A stretch of 64,000 bases of DNA, from assembly GCA_047967505.1 (NCBI GenBank), contig CM106538.1. One strand, 5' to 3'. The notes under the pieces are model-generated. The model was not told the origin of the DNA and did not search any database. It saw nothing but the letters and a program-made list of their open reading frames with translations. Of the stretch, positions 11,495 through 22,170 are shown one piece after another; the stretch's first letter is position 1; the number at the start of each line of letters is the position of its first letter. Source of the stretch: Dipteris shenzhenensis. Its lineage: Eukaryota. The translations under genes and the position numbers were made by a program.

Positions 11495-12936
11495 GCACGC
11501 ACACACTTTTTTTAGTAAAGCTTTTATTAGATGGGTCTTCCAAAGACTAATAAAATTTATTTATTTATTTCTCTCTCTCTCTCTCTCTATAGCAGCATAG
11601 GGCCAATAAGGCTCTCAAAATCAGGATCCGTGGGATCCCACGGACAGAGGTTACATCGATGGATGATGCGACCATCTTTGTTGCGACCACTTCAGGGATT
11701 CCTGATCGTGCTATTGTGGGAGCATGGTGAGTGGGGAGAGATCCCAACAGAGAGCAGCCCCTCATTATACAATTAAGAGACACTCAGGCACGCCTGGCAG
11801 CATTGCATCGCAGATTGACCTTATGAGATCACCCCTCGATATTTATCGATGAGGACCTGACACCTCTATAGATAGAGAAGAGATGCGTTCTCTTAGTGTG
11901 GGCCGGATGTCTCATCACCGGTCCCGGTCGGACATCTAACCACCCTCCCACGTAGGGGGGGGGGATCTATGAGGCGCGAGATACCGAGACCCTCCCTTAT
12001 ATCATCTGGAATTGTAATGGTACCTTATGGTCAGAGCCTGGGAATTCCTCGGAGTTTCTCGGAGTCCTACATAAGACGAGATGGTGTTTTTAATATAGAG
12101 ACACATCAGAGCCCAGAGCGTCCCCTTCCGATAGTCAGGGAGTATACTTGGGAATCAGCCTTTAGGGAGGAGACGTGGGAGACAGGTGGAGTACAGAGAT
12201 TCGGTATCACTACCTGACATGGATCTTGTTGACGTTGGCATATCACGAGTGTCTGCTAACGGGCGGGGCCCCAGCACCTCATAAAACATGTGCTCCTTGA
12301 TCTGGGTACAATACATGATCTCATTCTTTACAATGGTCTTGAGCGATGGCCCTCCTCTGGTAGCTTTACCTGTTTTCCACATGGAAGAGGGTCTAATGGT
12401 CTTGGGATCCCCTACCTTCATACCACACATCACATACTTCTTTGTGTCACCACCTCCACTTGGAGCTGATCACACTAATCTCTTCTTTAGCATCACCACT
12501 CCTCGCCTCGTGACACCAACCACCTACACCACCTACCAAGATATACACTTTGATCACAACTTCTCACAAAATACTCCGCACGGCTTTATACATTGCTCAC
12601 TTACATTGACCACATGCCCCTTCTGCCCCTTATAGAGGACCGTGCCACACTTATTAGTCGTTCATTGCACGACATTGCCCTTCACGCTTTTTCGTACATC
12701 ACACGCTCTACTCATCCACCACTGCCTCTTGGTTCTTTACCATGTAATAGCTGGTATGATGAAGAGTGCTCTTCGCTAACAACTCCGATTCAAGACCAAG
12801 CATGGCCTTCTGAGCGAACCAAACACGATATGTGAGTATCGTCGTCTAGTCCGCCGGAAGAAACAAGCCTTTGTTTGTTGAAATGAGGAATTATTGAACA
12901 TTTTGTTTAGTAACAACTCCAAGGACCTTTGGCAGA

Positions 12937-12984
<48 letters not shown>

Positions 12985-15900
12985 AATTTTACGTCTTCGG
13001 AAGACCGATGGGTCTATGAGATTGAAAGAAAACCTGATACAAATCACAGTAAGGGTGGAGCTATTGAAACGAGCATCATCACCTGTGCTGAACCCTAAGT
13101 TTGATCATACATAATCAAATACATTTGGATGTAACAATGAAAAGAAAAGGACTGGAGCGGAGCGGAATCTTCTGTATGTCATGTCGCCCTAGTTGGTGCA
13201 TAGCTGGTGATGGGACGTTGGCACCCATCAAGGGGTGCCGCGCGTGTCGGTCTCCTAGACGAGGCTCAACACAAGACCAGAGCCACCGTGACTCCCATGG
13301 GACGTATCCCGGGTCTAAACAATGACGGGAGGCTTCCCAGAGTGATTTGTGTGTCCCCTCGATGTCTCGTGCATCGTGCTACGGTTGTCGGGTCGGGGTC
13401 TCTGTCACGTCTACGGCTAGAGACTGGACGATCGATGTTACTCGATGGAAAGAACTCTGTGATCTTGCTCTGAGAGGTGTCTGATGATGTGGCCAAGCCT
13501 CGTTGCCTGAGTAAGTACTCTCTGTGTCGGACCCCCTCGTGAATGAAGGCCGTGAGGCATCTCTGATCTGAGTAGGCGAGGAATGTGGAAAGCAGCCCGG
13601 AGCCGTCTCTGAAGAGGCAATGGTAGTGACCTCGGATCTCATAGTACACTGGGCACCTGAAAATAAAATGCTCCTCCGATTCAACCTCCTGACAGTCGCA
13701 CAATATGCATAAGCGATGCTCCCTAGGAATCCCCTCTGCTCTGCCACTCTCTATGCGGAGGCGGTGTGATGATACCTGAAACTGTCCGATGGAGATCCGT
13801 AGTGAGTGTACCCCGGTGGTGTGATGAATCCCTCCTCCGAAATACGAAGACAGTAATCTCTGTAGAAACTCAGCTTCACTGGAAGCTCCCTCGGCTCCAA
13901 CTAGGTCCTAAAGGTGTGTAGTTGTAGGAGATTCTCTCGAATGACCTAGTTGGTGTGTGGCCAATCAGGATGGTGGGTGGGAGTACCGGAGGGGCATCTA
14001 AACTGTACTGAAAAGGAGGTATTCTATTGATGTGGAACCCTAGTCTCACAAACCATCTGTGAGTCCGTGCATACCAGCATCGCTCGTCTCCCTCTGCTGC
14101 CAACCTCATGGAGGAATCGAGAGCCAACCATGGCAACCTCTGTCTCCCTGATGTGCAGTCCCCATATGATCTAACCCGGTGTAGATATGTGATGGTCTGA
14201 AAGGCTGCATCTAGCTGGAGTGGAGAAGCACCAAACTTGGCTTGAATGATGTGATGTGGTACAGACGGTTTCCCCCGGATCATCCATGAGAGCATGAGGA
14301 TCTGCAGGCGCTCCGTCCGTGTCCACTCTATCTCTGACATGTCAGGCCCCCAACAAGGGCTGCCATACATACCGGTTGGTCGGACCAAGGAGTTGAAGAG
14401 AAGAGCCTTGGTCCGAGGGTCCTGGAAGTGGGAGTGAAAGCATGGTCTCTCTAGTCGAGCCAGTGAGGCGTATCCCCTGCTCAGTCTGGCCTGCATCGTT
14501 GGTCTCATCATGAAGATCGGGCCGGAGAAGATGACCCCCAAGTAAGTGTATGAGGATACGATCTCAACTGATGACCCACCGAAAGTAAAAGTAACCTGCT
14601 TCCGTTGCATGTTTGCTCGAGAGGTGTTAAAGATCATGACCTTGGTCTTACTAAGGTTGACCTCCAAATCATGGGATAAACAAAAAACCTGTAGTGCATC
14701 CAGGTGTCGCTGGAGCCCCTCGGGTGTGGACGACAAGAATGCCACGTCATTTGCATAAAGAAGAATCTCGGCAAGTGAGCAACCGGTCCCTCCGAACGCC
14801 CCCATGAAAGTCTCAAGCTCATCGATGTAGAGGCCAAACAGGGTCAGTGATAAGGGACAACCCTGTTTGACTCCTATGGTACTCAAGATCTCATCTGTCC
14901 AACCTGCGCCTGTCCGAACTCGGCCTGAGACTCTCTCATACAGTGCCATGACTGCCCAGATGATCTCCTGATCAAATCCGAGTGTCTGTAGGTGTGTGAT
15001 GAGACGAGCTCGAGGTACTGTGTCAAAGGCTTTGTGGAAATCCACAAAGCAACAATATACCCTCTCCTTCCACTGGTGTGGGACATCATAAAGATGGTGT
15101 GCATACGTGTGCCAAACTCTCGTGTCGGTGAGGGGTGATGATGACCTACGCTCAAGGAATCTCCGCCAAAAATCCTTAGAGTTGCTGTTGTACAAGATGT
15201 GCAGCAGCTCCTCCTCATTTCGACGAAGAAATGCCTGCTTCTTTCGACGTACGAGACGTGTTTACTTGCGTACTATGTCTGGTGTGTTCGGGAGTTGACA
15301 TCTGAGTTCAAGTCGGAGTTGTCGGCGATAAGCCTTGCACTCCGCATCGTACCAATTGTTGCAGGGTATAGAACCAAGAGGTGGTGGTCGAGTGGACCGT
15401 GTGGTGTGGGAAAGATTTGGAGGGCAGCCTCGTGGAGTGTGCGACTAATCAGGGCAGCACGGTCCTCTATGAGTGGTATGTGATCGATGTAGGTTAGGAG
15501 TCTGTTTAGGCGTCAGTGGGGATGTCATAGTAGCTAGTCCCTGCTATGCATGATGGAGTTTATGGTTTTCAACCTTGTGAGTGACTATCATGAGATTGAA
15601 ACTACACTATGTTGTGTTTTTAGAGGATGAGTTTGGGAATGTTCCTGGATTCATCTAGGTATATGCTACTGCCGTATTAGCGGACATGCAAATTTCACCT
15701 TGTGAAGTTTTCGTCCAAGTTGCGGCCTGCTGGTATTGTGATAATTATTTCTATCTTAAATGGTGCGTTGCCCTATCAGCTAGATTTAGATTTAGATGAT
15801 CCTTGGGGAGAGACTAAAATGAAAATGTTTAGACTTCACAAGCAGTTGTAGCTTGAATGAAGAGATTTTGGACTACCTTTTGATTAGCCTTCTCCTTTAG

Positions 15901-17924
15901 TGCTAGCCTTCATCATGGCTGAGTCTGCCCTTCACCTCCGGAGTGCCGACAGAAACTCAGTACGAAGTTTGTATAAATGGATGCTCAAGTATGTGTGGGT
16001 GCGTGGATTTGTATGTGTGAGAGCATATTTTTATACTATGGTCTACACCCACTGTTGGGTGCTGATGACGTCAGTGGGGATGTCATAGTAGCTAGTCCCT
16101 GCTATGCATGATGTAGTTTATGGTTTTCAACCTTGTGAGTGACTATCATGAGATTGAAAGTGCACTATGTTGTGTTTTTAGAGGATGAGTTTGGGAATGT
16201 TCCTGGATTCATCTAGGTATAGGAGTCTGTTTAGGCGTCCAGAGTAGGCCGGTGAGAGGCTGTGATCAAAGTGTATGTCGTGGTAGGTGTCGTGCTTTGT
16301 ATGTGGTGTGTGTGGTTTGGCGATAGTAAAGAATAGGTATGTGTGATCAGCTCTTGGAGGGAGTGGTGCTACGGTGAAGTTGGTGATACATGAAGTGAAG
16401 GTAGGGGATCCCATGATGTAATCTACTAGTAACACTAGTGCGCCCCCCCCCCCCGTGTGGGAAGCAAGTAAAACCACGTGAGGAGGGCCATAGGTCGAGT
16501 CCGTTGTAGATGATGAGATCATGCATCTTGCCCAGATCAAGGAGCGCGTGTCCATATGGTGTAACAGGCCCGTGTCGGTCCGATGAGGTCCTGGTCATAC
16601 CTGCTCCGTCTAGGGCCATTTCTGGCATGATAGAGTCGTCTCGGAAGTTTAGGAGTGGTGCCTGGCGCGTGCTTGTCCTAGCGTTGAAGTCCCCAACGAG
16701 GAGAACTTCCCCGCAGGCTGAAAGGTCTGGGATATCCTGATGTAAGGGTGCATATGGCGATGTCTCACCCTCCTCTCGTGCCACTCTGGCGAAGTGGGAT
16801 GTGTCTGGCAAGAAGTAGCATATTGCTATGAAAAGGTGACGGGTGTCTGTGAGTCGGATCCGGATCCACATGAATCGAGAGTGTGCGTCCTTCCTCTCAA
16901 TGGAGATGGCTCCAACGAGGGAAGACCTGTACAATACTGTGACCCTGCTTGATCCTCGGACTCCTCCTATATCCGTCGTCTATTAACGTCCACGGAAGAC
17001 CAAAGGTCTATGGGACAATAGAAAAACCATCTCCTTTCAGCTTGTAAGACTATCGTAGAACTTTCAATCATGAATTGAATGTAATGACAGCATATCCTTT
17101 ACATTTACCAATACGAACTGCTCTAGCTTCACCATCTTCATTAGGGCTGTTAGGCTTGTCGTCCTCGTTTGCTGTCCAGTCAATGTTAGGCATGGCTGAT
17201 TTGACATGTGCTAAGGTATCATCAAATGAGTCCTCCTCATTGTACTATCCATCTGGAAGTCCCTCAATTCTGATTTTTAATGCATTATCATGTCTGGCTT
17301 CATGTTCTTTTATCTCTTCTTGAATATCAACTTTGTTTGCCTTTGCTTCAAACTCTGGAGACTAACTCGGGGGTAGGGGGGGAAGCTGTGCAAGACTTTA
17401 CAACCTCATCTATTACTTCCTGCTTACCAGGTCCTTCAAGCACCTAGATTGTAGTTATTGCATCCGCCAGTTGCATCTTCAACTCTCTCACCTAATCTTG
17501 TAGGAACAAAATACATTCATGATACCCAATGATGGGTCGGTGAAAAAGGCCTCCTCATTCATAGACTTATGTATATGGAGAGGGTGTTTGAGCTGCAATC
17601 ATGGCATATCTGGCTCTATTGGTCGGTGTTGTTGGAGTTGAGGGGGTTTTTGAGGAAGAGGAAGAAAGGCTGGGCCACTCTTTGCTGGCCATTCTCTTGC
17701 TACCCCCTAGTTGCGTTGGGGGTTCAGTCCAGCTATGGGTGCTCTCTTCAAATAATAACCGGCTGGAGCTTGGCGTTGCTGCTGTCTATACCCCCCTCGA
17801 CCTAAGGAGCTGAGCGGGAGAGGTAAGCTGAGCGGAGAGCTAACGGGATAGGTGAGCGCTGAGTGGAGAGGCGAGCGGGAGAGTTGAGCGGAGCGCTGAG
17901 CGGAGAGGTGTGCGGGGGGGGTGA

Positions 17925-17976
<52 letters not shown>

Positions 17977-20812
17977 ATAGTCAAAGGGTCTATGAGATTG
18001 AGAAAACGAGATATAGCAGAGAAAAGCTAAAGAGTGGAGCCACTAAGCAGGCATCCGCTCCCAAAACTACCTACATCAGTTTGACTGAGAGTCTTTAGGT
18101 TTGAATTTGAAATCCCTAATGAGAGCCTTGCCTTCACGATAAACAGCCCACTTACCCTCCTTTCTGGCTGCCTTCACCTTCGATAATTCAGTGGTCTTTT
18201 TGGGTTCTAGTGGGTTCTTTTGATATAATACACACACACACACACACATATATATATGTGTGTATGTGCGTGCGTGCGTGTGCGTGAGCTCGGATGTGTG
18301 TGTGTGTGTGTGTAGAGAGAGAAGGGGGGGGAGGGGGGCGGCACTACGTGCACGCGCGCTCGGATGTGTGTGTGTGTGTGTGGAGAGAGAGAGGGGGGGG
18401 GGGGCGGCACTAGGGCATCCATACCCAAGGCTGATTCTGTGACGAGAAAAGACTACTACATCGCGCTGTCGTTGCGAGAGAAACCCAAAAGGTAAAACAT
18501 CAAGGAGGCATCCCCTGACCGCCTACCTACCGGTCAGCTGTCCATTGGATCGGCTGGACCTATGCATGTGAGAGAAGAGAGAGAGGAATGGCTGCCTTGC
18601 GGCATGCTTCTCAAGGGTTTAAGGCATTGCCTAAGGTAACCTTGGAGCAGGTGCCAAGAGTCAATGTGGTGGGTAACCTTGGAGCAGGTGCCAAGAGTCA
18701 ATGTGGTGGGTTATGTATAATCTATGGATTTTACAGGCCAAGCCTTTAGAATTCTGATGACATTCTGAGATCTTACTTAGAGCCCTCATTACCTTGCTCA
18801 CTGATAGATGGCTTAGGTATTTTATATCAAGTTAGATGTTGACAAGGATGACTGCAAGTCAGTTTTGCAGCCTCCCCATCACAAGACTGCATTGCACAAC
18901 CTAGATAGCGATGTTGTGATGCTGGCCATTGTCTCCCAAACATCATCCTTTGGTAAGCAAAAGGGGTGTTGCTTGGGAGTTGGTGCAACATGGTGAATCA
19001 CCCAGAGCATTGCTGCCTCTCCACTCATCTGTAAATGAGGAACATTGCCTCAATTTGGAAGGCATACCACCCCTTTGTGAGACAAGATACCATTCGTCAA
19101 GCTACCCTCAAGTGAGGACCCATCGAACACCAGTGCATGGTAGTATATACCTCTTCTTGAGCCTCAAGTCTGAAGACTCAATAGCCGAGGCATTTATGGG
19201 TCTAATTGATGTAAATTTCCAATATTTGCAGTATTTTGATTATTATTTTCACTATTTTGCCTTGGTATGGATATTTTGCAGTATTTCTTCTTAATATAGA
19301 TATTTGGTATTCCTGGGGGCAGGGAAAAACTACTTGAGAATGTATTGCAACTCATTTTGGACTGATTCTGGCGACAATGAGGAGGCTAGGTGGAGGGAGC
19401 GTAGTACTAGGTTTCATATAGAGTTGTATGATTGCTCAGGTCAGTGGTGTGATTATATTTTTCTGGCAAAATTTTTCAATCCTAGGCTATAGCTTAAATT
19501 TTTTAAGAGCCAAATCAAAGCTACGTCCACTGCACTAGCGGTTGGCAAATGTTAAGGCTTTTGTATTGATTGCACCATGGCCATATAAAATCAGTCTTAG
19601 CCAGCCTACATCTGTACATTAATATAGAATTTTGCTCTGTTTTTTGAGATGTAAAATTGATGACTCAATTGGTTGTTGTTGCCATGCCCAATGATGCAAC
19701 CAGCTGGAGCTTTCTTGCTGAGAGATCGGTAGACTTCAATTAGACCCAAGGAAAATAATAAATGCTCTGACCCTTTATGCAATGGTACAATATGGAGAAC
19801 CTCGTGTACTTTTGGATCTCTCAATTCTCTATAAATATTACTTACTTAATTAATCTTTGATAGGGATGGCTCAGCTGGGGTTCATCTAAAGACTCAGTTG
19901 CAGAGGCAGCAGCAGTTGCAGAGGAATCTCGAATACAAATGGAGGCTGCAGCCACTATGGTGAACAAGCTTGTTACTGAGAATGCAGAACTGGTTGAAAA
20001 AGTAAGGCAAATTCACACTCTAAGAATGTGTGTTCATACTTGTTGAAATATTGTCAGAATCTAGTGCAAGCGTGAGGGATAAGGCAAATTCACACCCTAA
20101 GAATGTGTGTGTTCATACTTGTTGAAATATTGTCAGAATCTAGTGCAAGCGTGAGGGATTAACTTTATGTTTCAGTCGGAATGATTATTTTGAAAGTGTG
20201 TTCATGCTAGTAAAGTTAGTGTCAGAGTCTAGTGTAAGTGTGAGAGACTAACTCTATGTTCCAGTCAGAATGATGATTATGAATCCAAATTTTGATTTTC
20301 AGGTGAATGAGCAGAGCGCTCTAATTGATCGCCTTACTGAAAAATACAGTTCTGTTCTGGAATTGCAAAGCAATGGCCCCTTGGAGAGTCCTAGGTATGA
20401 AAGAGAAAATGAAGTAGTAAGATCAGACACTCAAGAGGTTGTAATAGAACATATTGTAGCAGAAGCATTGCATGAGGTGTTGCCACCGAAGGTCGAGATA
20501 GTGTCAAATCCTTGCAATGATGAATCTGAAGCACACAGGGACGTTGTTCAAGATGTAGCATTGGCGGATAGCACTGGAAACGCTGTACTGGGTGTCGAAC
20601 ACGATCAATTGAGACTAGAATCGGCAGACATAATTGATCATCCATCAGATGAAGTTGTGAACCCAGGAAATTCACATCAAGTTGCCTTCATGAAGCCTAT
20701 TGAGTCAAAACCTTTCTCTGATGCTCCCATTATGGGTGCTCCTATTCGGATTTTCTCTTTCATAGCAAAATATGTGAGTGGTGCTGATCTTGTGAGAGTA
20801 GAAAGCTCCTAG
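8389..20812 (+). CDS. 3' part of a plant coiled-coil protein gene with conserved C-terminal DAPxxGAPxRxxSFxAKYVSGADLV motif (recalled as At2g38580-like); exons 8389-8556, 19864-20001, 20303-20812; 5' exons not found in window
   Basis: All exons are bounded by AG/GT in phase 0 and give an open translation: VEEMKEMIERLLLERRQL...TPDSTK|GWLSWGSS...MEAAATMVNKLVTENAELVEK|VNEQSAL...DAPIMGAPIRIFSFIAKYVSGADLVRVESS*. Exon 8389-8556 is less certain than the last two. Family name is from memory. Confidence 0.8.
9068..10057 (+). mobile_element. Insertion of 1.76 head-to-tail copies of a 562-bp non-coding unit, flanked by 13-bp TSD
   Basis: Period 562 (GATGCTCGTTGGG at 9066 and 9628); AAGCAATTCTTGA at 9055-9067 and 10058-10070. 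Confidence 0.8.
10345..11215 (+). mobile_element. Diverged RTEX-like LINE fragment (endonuclease region)
   Basis: GEVLLVGDFNARTR, HDLIIYNG, GGFTCFPHGG, SVVDYIMG and GADHTYLFF, all homologous to copy A. Confidence 0.85.
11216..11588 (+). mobile_element. Two stacked LINE 3' ends: ~220-bp 3' UTR plus (CTTT)(CT)(CA) tail, then a ~30-bp terminus plus (ATTT)(CT) tail
   Basis: 11216-11435 is nearly identical to copy A ~7503-7725; 11531-11588 reads GGGTCTTCCAAAGACTAATAAAAT followed by a tail. Confidence 0.8.
11589..12940 (+). mobile_element. Degenerate RTEX-like LINE fragment (ORF1 C-half, ORF1/ORF2 junction, partial endonuclease)
   Basis: GRDPNREQPLIIQLRD, IDEDLTPL, IIWNCNGTLW, ETHQSPERPLPIV, GADHT, CNSWYDEEC; starts immediately after (CT)n. 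Confidence 0.85.
12941..16982 (-). mobile_element. 5'-truncated RTEX-like LINE copy B (endonuclease-RT-Zn knuckle-3'UTR-(CT)n tail), interrupted at 15515-16219
   Basis: ORFs 16347-16934 (endonuclease), 13876-15195 (RT: VDFHKAFD, VKQGCPLS, LLYAND) and 13266-13703 (Zn knuckle); tail seen as (GA)n at 12941-12980; highly similar to copy A. Confidence 0.92.
15515..16219 (+). mobile_element. Second insertion of the ~560-bp non-coding unit (1.26 copies), flanked by 20-bp TSD, inside LINE copy B
   Basis: TAGGAGTCTGTTTAGGCGTC at 15495-15514 and 16220-16239; full unit 15659-16216 (558 bp). Confidence 0.85.
16985..17926 (-). mobile_element. LINE-related element: GC-rich 5' UTR, degenerate ORF1 and short 3' terminus; no ORF2
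   Basis: ATG at 17692: MASKEWPS...EIKEHEARHDNALKIRIEGLP...VKSAMPNIDW...AVRIG...AVITFNS*LKVLR*SYKLKG, then GTCCCATAGACCTTTGGTCTTCCGTGGAC (family 3' motif). The 5' end abuts (CT)n. Confidence 0.65.
17927..18205 (-). mobile_element. 5'-truncated ORF1-only element: ORF1 C-terminus, ~100-nt 3' UTR, LINE-type terminus and (CT)n tail
   Basis: ELSKVKAARKEGKWAVYREGKALIRD...SN* (TGA at 18078-18076), homologous to the copy A ORF1 end; then GTGGCTCCACTC...TCTCAATCTCATAGACCC and (CT)n. Confidence 0.7.
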
Positions 20813-21649
20813 TAAGCATTTTCCTGCATGCAATCATGTGCAACTCCTTTGGAAGCATTGATCCTTTGTTCATGTAAAACTCATGTAACGACCTCAAAAG
20901 GTCAAAGCAGAATTCACCATTTAATAATCGACTAATGTTGTGCATCATTCACAATATCTTTTTGAGCAGAATCTGATACATTCTGCTCTGCAAGGTACAC
21001 ACCAAAGGCTAGCTTCTCTCAGCTATTTCATGGAAGGCTTATGTGGCTTTGATTTTTCGCTTTACATAGCAAGCAGTATTACCTTGGTTTTAAATTGTCG
21101 TGTAGTATGAAATTAGAATTGCTTTTGTCAGCTGAAAAATCATTCTAAATCACAGGCAGTTTTTGTATTTGCGTATTGTATGGGTGAAACAATCCTCAAG
21201 TTAAACATTTATAAAATTGAAGTAAATTATGAAGATTGCACCATTACATTCATCCATTGATTTTGGCATCATGTCATTGTTCTTATAAGATGGGTATAGT
21301 GGTTTCGAAGGTTTAGAAGCCTTGTGTACAAAGTTAGAGCATTGAGTTTAACTCAAGAGCATGGGTTTATTGTCATTCAGAAAATGTGGCTGCAGTTGGA
21401 TAGTTGATATTAGACATTGGGACTTGCCAAGTTCCAAGGTGAAGGCGAAGGATGAGAGGGGGATTGGAAAGAAATGTCAGCCAAAATGTGGAAGCCTTCC
21501 TAGTTGTGTACATTGTGGCATTTTGTAAGTATGTATATGCATGTGTATCCCCTCTTGGGGGCTTCCCCCCACCAATAAAAAGAAAAAGAATCCCTAGTGC
21601 GCGAACTCACACACACATCCTCACCTTGCCCACGCATAAAGATGTGTAA

Positions 21650-22170
21650 TGCATATGGGAAAGTTCTACATTGAAATAGAACATGATAGTGCTATAGATA
21701 ATTTATGTAGAGCCTATCAAAGCAACGTTCGTGAACATATGCTTGTCGATGTGCCCAAAGAAGCAAGATTAAGAGGCTTGGGGCATCTTTGGCTTGCATG
21801 TTTGCCATCCCATGCCACAAGGAATAAATATCACGCATAGCCCTAACCATTGTTGATAGTGATGGTATCTCCTTTAGAGCCTTGCCTTAGTATGTAGGAA
21901 AACTTTGGGCGTAGTATCAAAGAGAAAATACCCAATGTTGAATGGGAGTTTGATGACATGTGGAGTCTATTAGATGTGGTTACATGCTCAAATTGCTTGT
22001 AGAAACAAGATAGCAAAAGGTATAGATTCTAAGGAAAACTCACAAATGAAAAGGTACTCGAATTTGGATATTAGAAGTGCTTATTCCAAATCAAAACTCA
22101 CCAGGGAAGCCAAGGAGGGGGGTAAATGGACTATTTACAAAAGAAAAACCACTCTATAAGGAATCAAAAT
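21650..22170 (+). mobile_element. Degenerate LINE-type ORF1 remnant, similar to the 17-18-kb elements
   Basis: Fragments IKEKIPNVEWE, RILRKTHK*KGTRIWI and TREAKEGGKWTIYKRK; no endonuclease motifs follow. Confidence 0.5.

Noticed and set aside
18635-20270. Small tandem duplications (38 bp at ~18635-18712; ~78-90 bp at 20003-20270)
   Set aside because: Ordinary local duplications; no spacer structure (not CRISPR-like) and no convincing snoRNA boxes.
20270-20812. Naming the gene BLISTER
   Set aside because: The BLISTER C-terminus as I recall it (VERVLGWIMKLFPGG) does not match; symbol left blank.
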